Shown here one piece after another: positions 1-9,338 of a stretch of 56,029 bases of DNA. The notes under the pieces were generated by a model. That model was given only the letters and a program-made list of their open reading frames with translations. It had not been told where the DNA came from and did no database searches. The first letter of the stretch is position 1. Each line of letters starts with the position of its first letter. The translations under genes were made by a program, and so were the position numbers. Source of the DNA: Fidelibacterota bacterium (GTDB lineage: Bacteria > Fidelibacterota > UBA8477); assembly GCA_021734045.1 (NCBI GenBank), contig JAIPJR010000003.1, positions 1-56,029 of the forward strand, given 5' to 3'.

Positions 1-392
1 GGCAGACGATGCAAAACCACTGCTATGGCCAGTGCCTCTCCGGCACCATGTTCCACCGACATTTCTGATAATGCCATTCCGTCTAACAGGGTATGCACCA
101 AAATACCCACCAGAACCACCAGAATCACACCCACGTGGGCTTTATGCTCCATTTCATGGAAACGATGTTCGATAAAACTGGGGAGTAACGCACCGATACC
201 CAACATGACCAACGCACCCCAGCGAATGGAAAGAATCGCTTCAGGCAACAGATGTAGCATCGCCAGTCCGGTGATCGAGACCAAAACGAACCCATCCAAT
301 ACCTGGTTAACGGGACGATTGTTTCGCAAAGTCTGCGCTACCAGCGGTCCCAAAACGAGCGCGCCAATTGCTATGGAAAGGAGGATGGGCAT
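1..392 (-). CDS. ZIP-like metal transporter (3' end runs off the window)
   Basis: Not in the ORF track. Manual translation from ATG 392, which overlaps the lgt stop (TGATG), gives MPILLSIAIGALVLGP...HLLPEA...HEMEHKAH...VHTLLDG...AVVLHRL. It is hydrophobic with ZIP-like HxxxDG and HxxP motifs. Confidence 0.65.
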   Translation of the reverse strand, partial: MPILLSIAIGALVLGPLVAQTLRNNRPVNQVLDGFVLVSITGLAMLHLLPEAILSIRWGALVMLGIGALLPSFIEHRFHEMEHKAHVGVILVVLVGILVHTLLDGMALSEMSVEHGAGEALAIAVVLHRL

Positions 393-1255
393 CAGGCAGT
401 CTTTTTAACGGATGCGGTTTTATGCGACTGATAACTCAAATACCAGTAAACGCCGGCACCAAGCATCATGAGGAAACAGAGAATCTGCCCCATACTGAAG
501 CTGAGGAAAATAAAACCAAGATGGGCATCCGGCTGGCGGACATACTCAATGAAAAACCGGAAAAAACCATACCCGAAAATGTACAGTCCGCCCAAAAATC
601 CCGGATAGGGCGATTTTTTTCGAACCAGCCAGAGAATCAGAAACAGGACAATGCCCTCAAAAAATGCCTCATACAGTTGCGATGGATGCCGTAATTGGTT
701 GCCGGGCGCGTGGGGAAAAGACATCCCGATTGGGGCTTCTGTTATCCGGCCATACAACTCACCATTGATAAAATTTCCGATACGCCCGAAGAAATATCCC
801 AAGGGAATCGCGGGGACAAAAAGCTCGGCCAAATTCCAAAAACTCACCCGATTCTTGCGGGCGAAGAGCCACCAGCCAACAATCACCCCCAATACGCCGC
901 CATGGTACGACATTCCTGAAATACCAACAAACGTCCACTCTCCATTGATTCGGGCGAAGGGTGAAATAATGCGCAACGGATTGTGAAGGAATTCTGGAAA
1001 ATCATAGAAGAGCACATACCCTATCCGGCCGCCGATCATAACGCCCAGGATGGCGTACATGAGGGCGTCTCCCAGAAACTCTTTCCGGTAGGACATTTTT
1101 TCGTCCTTGATGCGATATTTCACTAAAAAATAAACCACGGTGAACGCCACCGCGTACATGGTGCCATACCAGCGAATGGGGAAATTTCCAATGGTAAAAA
1201 TAGTGGGGTCCATGTGGCTGGGAAGCTGCTGCCACCAATTCCAAAATCCGCTCAA
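392..1255 (-). CDS. lgt: Prolipoprotein diacylglyceryl transferase
   Basis: Motifs IRWYG, GGRIGYVLFY, GMSYHGG, GRIGNFINGELYGR and HPSQLYE. TTG start at 1255 is preferred over 1312 because it follows AAGGA. Confidence 0.95.
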   Translation of the reverse strand: MSGFWNWWQQLPSHMDPTIFTIGNFPIRWYGTMYAVAFTVVYFLVKYRIKDEKMSYRKEFLGDALMYAILGVMIGGRIGYVLFYDFPEFLHNPLRIISPFARINGEWTFVGISGMSYHGGVLGVIVGWWLFARKNRVSFWNLAELFVPAIPLGYFFGRIGNFINGELYGRITEAPIGMSFPHAPGNQLRHPSQLYEAFFEGIVLFLILWLVRKKSPYPGFLGGLYIFGYGFFRFFIEYVRQPDAHLGFIFLSFSMGQILCFLMMLGAGVYWYLSYQSHKTASVKKTA

Positions 1256-1327
1256 AACACGATTCCTTTCAGCAAAATCATTGGCGCAAAAATACACCCA
1301 GCCCCTACTCAACCAAGTGTAAAAATA

Positions 1328-2131
1328 TCAAGGCCCGATAGTGAAAGATGGCTTGCCACCAGGCAGCGGCCAGCTAAACGAAATGACGGGTGGGCCATGT
1401 ACAGGCTTCGTCAATGGGATACCTTCAAGTGTACCAGATGCCACCTGCCCGGGAGCCAGTGACCGTGCAATAGTCGTACTGAGAATCGCCGCCGTAACCA
1501 CATCCCCAAGCCAATGCCGCTCCTCCTGAATCCGCTCAATCCCGGTCAACACCGCCAGCAGGTATGCCGCACTGCCCCAACCATTGCCGTAGAGCTGGCG
1601 GGTCATTTCTGCCGTGGTAAATGCCAGCGTGGTATGTCCGGAAGGAAAGGAATAATCATCACGACCATCTGGCCGCGTACGCCCCACCAGATACTTCAAA
1701 CTCCCCGCTAAGGCCAGCGTCGTACCATACCCGGTGAGAACATACTCCAGTTGTTGGTATTCTCGTGGATCATCAGGCGAAGCGTGCAGGGCGCGGAAAA
1801 CGCTCACGCCTGTAAGCAGGGTAACGCCGTACATTCGCCCCCATGCTTCACTGAATCGCATCACAGATGGAGGAAGCAGCCCTGCCTCCCGAATTTGCGG
1901 TGTGGTCGTGCCATCGGTTTTCCATAACACCGGCTGAGCCAGCAACAGGCTGCTCAACATGATTTGGCTAGACCGGTCAGTCACCCAGAAGTCTGCGCTC
2001 TCTATCACATAATCCGGATAGTGCTGCCACCAGCTTTCCCAATTTTGATAGGGATTATCACCAGCCTGAACCGGGAGAGAAAGAAGAGCTATCAAAAGGG
2101 CTAAAAGCCACATTGACATCGGACCCTTCAT
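1328..2131 (-). CDS. PAP2 family phosphatase
   Basis: KYLVGRTRP, SFPSGH and RIQEERHWLGDV motifs; N-terminal signal-like segment. Confidence 0.85.
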   Translation of the reverse strand: MKGPMSMWLLALLIALLSLPVQAGDNPYQNWESWWQHYPDYVIESADFWVTDRSSQIMLSSLLLAQPVLWKTDGTTTPQIREAGLLPPSVMRFSEAWGRMYGVTLLTGVSVFRALHASPDDPREYQQLEYVLTGYGTTLALAGSLKYLVGRTRPDGRDDYSFPSGHTTLAFTTAEMTRQLYGNGWGSAAYLLAVLTGIERIQEERHWLGDVVTAAILSTTIARSLAPGQVASGTLEGIPLTKPVHGPPVISFSWPLPGGKPSFTIGP

Positions 2132-2673
2132 GCGGGATCCAGTTTAAGAAATTGTCGTCTTACCAGCTTGTAGCCCATGAGAAATATCATGGTTGCTACC
2201 AATGCCCATTTCACCAGCGCCCAGCTGCTTGCTAACTGGAGAACAGCACCATCAATGATCGGGTAAATCCGCAGCGTCTGCCAATGGAGGAAATTTTCAC
2301 CGTAGTCGAACAGAATTGTCCACAGCGGTAATAAAACGATGAGGTTTCGCCAGCGACTTGTTGAAGAGAAAAGCCGGATGAGGGTCGCCTCGAATGCCAG
2401 ACCATATACCAACGGATAGACGCAGTCCCAAATGAGTCCCTGCCGCGCCAGTGCACGCCCATTTTCTCCCCAGACTTCCAAAATCTGCCGACCCTTTTCC
2501 GCGGTAAACGCAAATTGTAGATCCAAAACCCCCATTCCCCCGCCAACATCCTGCAGTTGCCCATCCAACCGGCTCATCCACAGGAAAAAAGCCACAAACA
2601 ATAACCAAATTACCAACAGTTTTTGATTAGAAGATATGGGTTCGATGAGATGAAGCAGAAGACGGCCTAACAC
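2128..2673 (-). CDS. Hypothetical membrane protein
   Basis: About 4 hydrophobic helices; DCVYPLVYG and FDYGEN segments; tightly coupled to its neighbours. Confidence 0.6.
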   Translation of the reverse strand: MLGRLLLHLIEPISSNQKLLVIWLLFVAFFLWMSRLDGQLQDVGGGMGVLDLQFAFTAEKGRQILEVWGENGRALARQGLIWDCVYPLVYGLAFEATLIRLFSSTSRWRNLIVLLPLWTILFDYGENFLHWQTLRIYPIIDGAVLQLASSWALVKWALVATMIFLMGYKLVRRQFLKLDPA

Positions 2674-2682
2674 TGCTGGTTG

Positions 2683-3468
2683 CTACTCTCCACGCCATTT
2701 TGGTGGGCGCTTGGACAGAAATGCCTGCAACGCCTCTTTCCGATCTTCCGTCGCGATGAGTGGTGCGTAGGCGTCCGATTCAAAATCCAGCGCATCCGGT
2801 AGTGTCATTTGAGCGCCATCCCGGATCGCGATTTTAGCCTGCCGCAGCGCCAGGGGAGCATTGCGCTGTAATTGTGTAATCAACTGTGCGAATGCCTGTT
2901 CAAACTCTGTAACCGGATAAACAAATTGCAGCACACCATCCCGCAGGGCTTCCTCGGCGGTGAATTTTTTCGCGGTGAAAATCCACTTTTTCGCAACTGC
3001 AATACTTGTCCGCCGGCTGAGTCGCTGCGTGCCGCCGGCGCCAGGGATGATTCCCAATGCAACTTCCGGGAAGCCCAACTTTGCGGTCTCATCGGCCACC
3101 AGAATATCACCCGTGAGCGCTAATTCCAGCCCGCCCCCTAAAGCTGTACCCCGCAGTGCTACGATTATCGGCTGCGGTAGAGCCGCCCAGGCAGTACACA
3201 TTTGCTGGATGTCCTTCACCACCGTCGCGATCTCTTCATCGGGAATCGCGGCACGCTCCTTCAGGTCCGCACCGGCACAAAAGGTTTTTCCCGTATGCGC
3301 CAGCGTTATCAGCCAAATGTCGTTTTGTACCGCAAGCCAGTGTGCTAATTCATGTAATTCCGCCACCATCGCCTGATTCAATGCATTCACCGGTGGACGA
3401 TTCAGCTCAACCGTCAGGGTATGGTCACGTAGCGTGAGATTGACATTTTCAAATCCTGGTAACTTCAT
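2683..3468 (-). CDS. Enoyl-CoA hydratase/isomerase (methylglutaconyl-CoA hydratase-like)
   Basis: FCAGADLKER, ALGGGLELAL, PEVALGIIPGAGGTQRL. Confidence 0.9.
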   Translation of the reverse strand: MKLPGFENVNLTLRDHTLTVELNRPPVNALNQAMVAELHELAHWLAVQNDIWLITLAHTGKTFCAGADLKERAAIPDEEIATVVKDIQQMCTAWAALPQPIIVALRGTALGGGLELALTGDILVADETAKLGFPEVALGIIPGAGGTQRLSRRTSIAVAKKWIFTAKKFTAEEALRDGVLQFVYPVTEFEQAFAQLITQLQRNAPLALRQAKIAIRDGAQMTLPDALDFESDAYAPLIATEDRKEALQAFLSKRPPKWRGE

Positions 3469-3474
3469 GGTTAT

Positions 3475-3822
3475 CTAAATACCCACATCATCAGCCGGAA
3501 AGTCATCCGGCACATCCAATGTCATTAACAACATGGCTTGACCATGGGTCTTGCCCTGGGCATCGTTTTGAAGACTTTCACTGCCACCACCACCCAGCGA
3601 GTCACCCAGAATAAAATTCAAGGCCCTCAGGTTGGGCAATTCGTAACGTGTTACTTCCCCTTTCACAATACTCTGTAGATGGGTTTTTACCCGTTCCGGT
3701 GTCAGTAATTCGCAGCCCAGATCATAACCAGCCCGGGTGTAGAACACCACACCGGCGTTGGAATTGGATCCCTTGTCACCGGAGCGCGCGTGTGCAATCT
3801 GGTAGAGTTTGATGGTTTTCAC
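3475..3822 (-). CDS. AtuA-related small protein (stand-alone AtuA C-terminal-like domain)
   Basis: AHARSGDKG...RYELPNLRALNF...LGGGG...DAQGK signature. Confidence 0.85.
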   Translation of the reverse strand: MKTIKLYQIAHARSGDKGSNSNAGVVFYTRAGYDLGCELLTPERVKTHLQSIVKGEVTRYELPNLRALNFILGDSLGGGGSESLQNDAQGKTHGQAMLLMTLDVPDDFPADDVGI

Positions 3823-3834
3823 AGACTCACCTCC

Positions 3835-5187
3835 TTAGACGACGGTGACGCGGGTTTGAATCAGTTCCTTGGGAATAAGCGCCGGCCAGTACGCGATAAT
3901 TTCCTGGGCTTTAGGACGACCACCAGCAAAACCGGTGATTCCCGGTGGACCATTGGTAATGACCGGAGCAATCTCTTTCCCAAACCGGTTCACTGTGTTC
4001 TTATCTTCATCCCGCACACTGAGTCGCAACACCACTTCATTTATCTGCTTCGGCACCGGATTAATGTCGCCATGACAGGATGAAATACCCAGGTACTCGG
4101 TGCGTGTATCCTGAAATGTATAGCCAGTCCGTTTGAGCCGCTCCCAGACAATTTCAGCCACTTTCTGAGCTTTCTCATAGGCTCGAGGTCCGGAAATGGT
4201 GAGTTGGCCGGAAGCCTTATAACCGGCAAAATAACTCATGGAGACTTTGTAGAATGGTGTCGCCGGACCGCCCTTCACCGTATCGATTCGCACACGATCA
4301 TTGCCCTCATCCTTCAGGTTAAAGGTCGTGAAATCCACCACCACATCAGGCGAGATGTAGTTTTTTGGATCGCCCATCTCGTACAATATCTGCTCGGAGA
4401 CACCCATAAGGTTCACCACACCGCCGGTCCCTTCATGCTTTGTTATGACGAACTCACCATCTGGTTGGATTTCGATAATGGGATAGCCAATACCCGCATA
4501 ATCCGGTACTTCCCACCAGCGGGAATAATTCCCCCCGGTACACTGGGCACCACACTCGGTGATATGGCCTGCTAATGTACCCAGCGCCAACTTGTCCACA
4601 TCATCCGGCTGCCAGCCAAATTCATGAATCATGGGCCCCAGCGCCAATGCCGGATCGGTGACACGCCCGGCCAGAACGATCTGGGCGCCCCGACTTAGAG
4701 CTTCGGCCAGTGGGAATGCACCAATATAGACATTAGCCGATTTTACCCGGTCCCGGATCTCGCTGAAGGGTGCCCCGGTGTCCATATTTTCAAATGTCGC
4801 CCCCTGATCCACCAATTCATCAATCCGGGAGAGAATATCGTCGCCCTCCACGATGCCGATTTTCAGATCATTCACGCCGTGTTTACGGGCAACGGCCTGG
4901 AGAGCTTCCGCCGCTGCCGGGGCATTCACACCACCGGCATTGGCGATGACCTTGATGTTTTTTTTCATCAATGTGGGTAAAATCCGGTCGATGAGTTCCA
5001 CAAAATCCCGGGCGTACCCAGCCTGTGGATTTTTTTCCTTCTGGCGCTGCATAATAGACATGGTGACTTCCGCCAGATAATCCAAGGTGAGATAATCCAG
5101 CGGCCCATCCTCCACCAGCCGTACCGGTGCGTCGATGGAATCGCCCCAAAATCCTTGTCCATTGCCAATTCGTACTAATTGCTTCAT
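3835..5187 (-). CDS. AtuA family protein (DUF1446)
   Basis: RIGNGQGFWGD, DYLAEVTM, GRVTD, GHITECGAQCTGGN, EQILYE. Confidence 0.9.
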   Translation of the reverse strand: MKQLVRIGNGQGFWGDSIDAPVRLVEDGPLDYLTLDYLAEVTMSIMQRQKEKNPQAGYARDFVELIDRILPTLMKKNIKVIANAGGVNAPAAAEALQAVARKHGVNDLKIGIVEGDDILSRIDELVDQGATFENMDTGAPFSEIRDRVKSANVYIGAFPLAEALSRGAQIVLAGRVTDPALALGPMIHEFGWQPDDVDKLALGTLAGHITECGAQCTGGNYSRWWEVPDYAGIGYPIIEIQPDGEFVITKHEGTGGVVNLMGVSEQILYEMGDPKNYISPDVVVDFTTFNLKDEGNDRVRIDTVKGGPATPFYKVSMSYFAGYKASGQLTISGPRAYEKAQKVAEIVWERLKRTGYTFQDTRTEYLGISSCHGDINPVPKQINEVVLRLSVRDEDKNTVNRFGKEIAPVITNGPPGITGFAGGRPKAQEIIAYWPALIPKELIQTRVTVV

Positions 5188-5207
5188 AAGTCCTTTATTT
5201 TGTTTGA

Positions 5208-5424
5208 AACCACAGATTACACAGATTACTCAGATAAAGCGTAACCACGAATTACTCGAATTACATAAAATTAAATTTCACCCCTTTCAGAGTGCCCTTT
5301 GAGGAAAGTCAACCAGAAAAACTTCGGATTATAATTTTGAATTACTGACCTCATTTCAGATCCGCCTACTCCGCGCTATCCGCGGCCGCATGGATTTTCT
5401 GTACTCATCTGCGATTATCTGTGG
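5208..5424. repeat. Nested imperfect inverted repeats built from ~9-bp tandem units
   Basis: AACCACAGATTACACAGATTACTCAGAT (5208-5235) pairs with TTCTGTACTCATCTGCGATTATCTGTGG (5397-5424). The inner pair is CCACGAATTACTCGAATTAC and ATCCGCCTACTCCGCGCTATCCGCGG. Confidence 0.6.
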
Positions 5425-5431
5425 CAAATAA

Positions 5432-7075
5432 TCAAACCTGCAGTACCCCGAAATTCGGCGCCGGTAGTTGGGGTTGATTGGCGCAGATCTCTAACGACCG
5501 GATCAGGACATCGCGGGTTGTATCCGGATCAATGATTTCATCAATCCACAGCCGGGCGGCAGCATATCGGGGATCCGATTGTTTGTCATAAATCGCTTTA
5601 ATTTCGTCCACAATCTTCTGCCGTTTTTCCGGGGTTACATCTTTCTCACGGGCTAAGCGAATATCCGCCAGGACATTGGCTGCCTGGGCACCTCCCATGA
5701 CAGCAATCTTCGCTGTGGGCCAGGCATACAGAAATCGTGGCGCGTAGGCGCGACCGCTCATGGCATAATTGCCAGCCCCGTAACTCCCGCCAATCACCAA
5801 GGAAATTTTTGGTACAACCGAGTTGGAAACGGCTTGAACCATTTTAGCGCCGTCCTTAGCGATTCCGGCCCATTCAGCTTCCCGTCCCACCATAAATCCA
5901 TTCACATCATGGATGAAGAGCAGTGGAATCCGGTCCTGATTACAGTTCATGATAAACCGGGCGGCTTTGTCGGCCGAGTCATTGTAAATCACACCCCCCA
6001 TCTGCATTTCGCCGGTCTCAGTTTTCACGATGACTTTTTGGTTGGCAACGATGCCCACCTTAAACCCGCCGATTCTTCCGTGACCACACACCAGTGTCTT
6101 ACCGTAAGTGGCTTTGTACTCGTCAAACTCCGATTCATCCAAAATCCGGGCGAGAAGCTCCCGCACATCGTACTGACCACCATTTTCAGGAAAGCTGCTA
6201 AGCAACTCCGGGGGTTTGAACTGTGGTGGGCGTGACTCTACCCGATTGAACGGTGAGGGTTGGGGTTGGGGTAGATTATCCACCAGTTTCCGGATGCGTT
6301 CCAGTGCGGCTTTGTCATTGGGTTCGTGATAGTCGGCGGTACCCGAAATGGCATTGTGGGTAGTAGCGCCGCCCAAAGTCTCCAGATCTACCTCCTGCCC
6401 TATCGCCGCTTTCACCAGTGCGGGACCGGCCAGAAACATACTGGCTCCTTCCACCATGACGTACTTATCACACATGACCGGCAAATAAGCGCCACCGGCC
6501 ACGCACGGCCCCATCACCGCGGCAATTTGGGGAATCCCCAGCGCCGACAGACGGGCATTGTTGTAAAAAATGCGTCCGAAATGACCTTCATCTGGGAATA
6601 CCTGGTCCTGCATGGGTAGAAAGACTCCGGCCGAATCCACCAGGTATACAATGGGCAGATGATTCTCCAATGCAATCTGTTGAGCCCGCAAAGTCTTCTT
6701 CAGCGTTACTTCGAAGTAAGCACCCGCTTTAACGGTGGCGTCATTAGCCACAATTACCACATCCCGGGCATGGATTTGCCCAATGCCGATAATTACACCG
6801 GCCGCAGGCGGGGACCCATACTCCTCATACATTCCCCAGGCAGCAAACAAGCCCAGCTCCAGAAAGTTCGTATCCTTATCAATGAGCTTGGCGATGCGCT
6901 CCCGGGCCGTGAGACGGTTTTTTTCATGCTGGCGGTTAATGGCTTTCTCACCACCGCCTTTTCTAAGCGCCTGTCGCTCTTTTTCTATGGTCTCAATGCG
7001 TGCCACCATGAACTGGTGCTGTTTCGCCACCTTTTGCGGTGACCATTTCTCCACTGCTGTACCAATTCGCGTCAT
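5432..7075 (-). CDS. Acyl-CoA carboxylase carboxyltransferase subunit (methylcrotonyl-CoA carboxylase beta-like)
   Basis: ANDATVKAG, VDSAGVFLP, CVAGGAY, GFMVG, GSYGAGNYAM, YAAARLWIDEII. Confidence 0.92.
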   Translation of the reverse strand: MTRIGTAVEKWSPQKVAKQHQFMVARIETIEKERQALRKGGGEKAINRQHEKNRLTARERIAKLIDKDTNFLELGLFAAWGMYEEYGSPPAAGVIIGIGQIHARDVVIVANDATVKAGAYFEVTLKKTLRAQQIALENHLPIVYLVDSAGVFLPMQDQVFPDEGHFGRIFYNNARLSALGIPQIAAVMGPCVAGGAYLPVMCDKYVMVEGASMFLAGPALVKAAIGQEVDLETLGGATTHNAISGTADYHEPNDKAALERIRKLVDNLPQPQPSPFNRVESRPPQFKPPELLSSFPENGGQYDVRELLARILDESEFDEYKATYGKTLVCGHGRIGGFKVGIVANQKVIVKTETGEMQMGGVIYNDSADKAARFIMNCNQDRIPLLFIHDVNGFMVGREAEWAGIAKDGAKMVQAVSNSVVPKISLVIGGSYGAGNYAMSGRAYAPRFLYAWPTAKIAVMGGAQAANVLADIRLAREKDVTPEKRQKIVDEIKAIYDKQSDPRYAAARLWIDEIIDPDTTRDVLIRSLEICANQPQLPAPNFGVLQV

Positions 7076-7129
7076 AATCAATCTATCATTCTGTCAACTG
7101 AGTTTCTGTTCCAGATAATTTGACCTTTT

Positions 7130-8425
7130 TTAATACAAATACCCCAAACCAATGTACAAACCACTGTTCCCATCCGCCTCATCTGCGGCAAAGCCCATAT
7201 CCACCGCCACGATGAAGTTTTCGTTCAATGCGATGCGCAATCCACCGCCAAATGACTTGTGGAGAACATCGTCTCCGGATGGATATGCGGCTATATTGGT
7301 GGCATTCTCTGGTGCCGGCTGGTTTTCCAACACCTGACCCGCATCCATAAAACCGTTCAGTGCCAGGTACAGGTTCTGGTTGAATACCACGGTGCGGAAA
7401 AACTTCCAGCGAAATTCAAAATTCCCAAAAGCGATGGATTTACCTACGATGCGGTTTTTCAAAATACCCCGTAACGATTTGGAGCCACCCAATCCTTCTT
7501 CGGTCTTATAGCTTCCCTGGTAATAGGGCAGCATGTAAAAGGGCTGACGACCGCTTACCACACTCTGATATCCGAGACGATAAGCAAAGGACAGATTTTC
7601 AGGGATTAATGTGAAGTACTGACGATGCGTCAGGGTGAGCGTTGTGTAGCTGAAATCACTACCAAAAGCCTCTGGAACCAATGTAAACAGCGCCTCACTC
7701 CAGATTCCGGACATGGGATTGGGTTCATTGTCACGCGTATCATAAACCAGTCCCAGTTTGAGATAATTGGTGAGGCCGCCGGTGGCCTCATCGGAACTGA
7801 TCCAGCCGTTGTTCACATACTGGGCGTACAATCCATCTACCACCTGTAACTGGTCCGCTGCATCCTTACCCTCGTTGAGTGTTGCCACATCAACCGTATC
7901 TACTGCGGTGGAAATGAAACCGAACCCACCAATCCAGCGCAGGTTCTCATTCAGAAATTTCCGTTGAAAATCGGCAGTGAATTTCACCGTATTGCGCATG
8001 TGACGATAAAATGCCCTGGAAATGTAGTGGAGCGTGTCCGTGTCATCTTCGAACTCGGAAAAGTAGGGCGCTGCGGCACCATTTAATCCATAAAATGGTA
8101 ATGCCTGCTCCGTCAGATAGCTCAGTTCACTGGTAATCCGGATATCCTTGGGCAGCAGATATTTTGAATCGAAAAACAGCTTGTTCACACCACTTCCCTT
8201 CGTCGTACGGGACCATTCGGTGTAAAGGGAATAGCGATAATCGGGATACATGGAGCCGTCGCCGTAATTGTAGGTGTTCACAATAATGCCGTAGGTGAAT
8301 CCTGTATCTGAATTGTACGCGATGGCCGGGACACCACCAAAATTAAACCCGGTCTTGGCGACGCCCTGTCCCAAGAGTTGGCCTGCCAATACCAGCAGCA
8401 CCAGGAAACCTGTCCTGTTTTTCAT
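7130..8425 (-). CDS. Omp85/BamA-superfamily outer-membrane barrel without POTRA domains
   Basis: Signal peptide; YDTRDNE, GLGGSKSLRG, FMDAG and SFGGGLR motifs; C-terminal aromatic strand YIGLGYLY. Confidence 0.8.
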   Translation of the reverse strand: MKNRTGFLVLLVLAGQLLGQGVAKTGFNFGGVPAIAYNSDTGFTYGIIVNTYNYGDGSMYPDYRYSLYTEWSRTTKGSGVNKLFFDSKYLLPKDIRITSELSYLTEQALPFYGLNGAAAPYFSEFEDDTDTLHYISRAFYRHMRNTVKFTADFQRKFLNENLRWIGGFGFISTAVDTVDVATLNEGKDAADQLQVVDGLYAQYVNNGWISSDEATGGLTNYLKLGLVYDTRDNEPNPMSGIWSEALFTLVPEAFGSDFSYTTLTLTHRQYFTLIPENLSFAYRLGYQSVVSGRQPFYMLPYYQGSYKTEEGLGGSKSLRGILKNRIVGKSIAFGNFEFRWKFFRTVVFNQNLYLALNGFMDAGQVLENQPAPENATNIAAYPSGDDVLHKSFGGGLRIALNENFIVAVDMGFAADEADGNSGLYIGLGYLY

Positions 8426-8526
8426 CGTCCCTCCTGATTAGCAAAGATGGTCACTATTTTAGTTTATTCACAGCAGGTGTACAAGCTTCCTGCGACAGAT
8501 TTTAATACTGTTCAGTATGTAGGAAA

Positions 8527-9216
8527 TTATTCCTGTGCGGGAATGGGAATATCCAACAGGGGATACTGTCGCCAGCCCTGGAAATCGAAGTGCCACCATT
8601 CAGTGCGCAACCCGGTGAAGCCATGTTTTTCCATCACCACCTTTAATAGCGCCCGATTCGCAACTTGCTGAGCTGGTAAATCCATGTAGCTGGCATGCGC
8701 TTTTTCCGTAAAGTCATCGTAATCCGTGGGCATTTCCAAGGGATTACCACTGGAATCGGCCAGGGCCAAATCAATAGCGCAACCCCGATTATGTCGCGAG
8801 CCATTGGCGGGATTGGCTACATAGCGATTATCGGGAAAAACCGTCCACATTTTCTTTTGCACGGAGAGCGGACGATAGCCATCGAAAACCAGCAATTGCA
8901 ATCCCAGAGCCTTTAGTTCGTTTTGAACCACAACCAGTGACTCGGCGGCTTCCCGCACCAAATAGGGCGAATCGGATTCGTACAAGACCTGTCCGGTAAA
9001 ATTATTGGCCGTGGCATAGCGGATATCGGTCAACAGGTCAGAGATGAGTGTGCGCAGTTCAATAACCTGAGGGCTGGATTTTTCTGAGTGAGCTGGTTTG
9101 AGATCAGGTGGCGCTGTGTCCAATTGGGCTGGTACCGGGGAACAAGCCCAGAGTGTGGAGAAACTGGCAACGAGCAGAAAGCCGTACCAGAAAAGCGTTC
9201 GAAATTTGTAATTCAT
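8527..9216 (-). CDS. D-alanyl-D-alanine dipeptidase (M15, VanX/DdpX-like), probable lipoprotein
   Basis: DIRYATANNF, FDGYRP, SRHNRGCAIDL, EWWHF; lipobox-like LWAC. Confidence 0.9.
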   Translation of the reverse strand: MNYKFRTLFWYGFLLVASFSTLWACSPVPAQLDTAPPDLKPAHSEKSSPQVIELRTLISDLLTDIRYATANNFTGQVLYESDSPYLVREAAESLVVVQNELKALGLQLLVFDGYRPLSVQKKMWTVFPDNRYVANPANGSRHNRGCAIDLALADSSGNPLEMPTDYDDFTEKAHASYMDLPAQQVANRALLKVVMEKHGFTGLRTEWWHFDFQGWRQYPLLDIPIPAQE

Positions 9217-9338
9217 GACCTGCCCCTATCACGATTCTTCATTGGCCGGGTTTCCATGGATGCGGCTAATCTAAGACCGCGATTGAATCAGACGAACCAT
9301 ATTTTGGTTTGGTGAATCTGCCGGATTAATATTCTAGC

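Noticed and set aside
5208-5266. CRISPR array
   Set aside because: The units are about 9 bp with no unique spacers, and no cas genes are present.
8450-8466. Third TrmB operator (GTCACTA-TTT-TAGTTTA); also a half-site at 11772-11778
   Set aside because: The spacing is wrong or only one arm is present compared with the two N6 sites.
8527-9216. Vancomycin-resistance vanX
   Set aside because: There are no vanH, vanA, vanR or vanS neighbours. It is an exported DdpX-like dipeptidase in a diderm.
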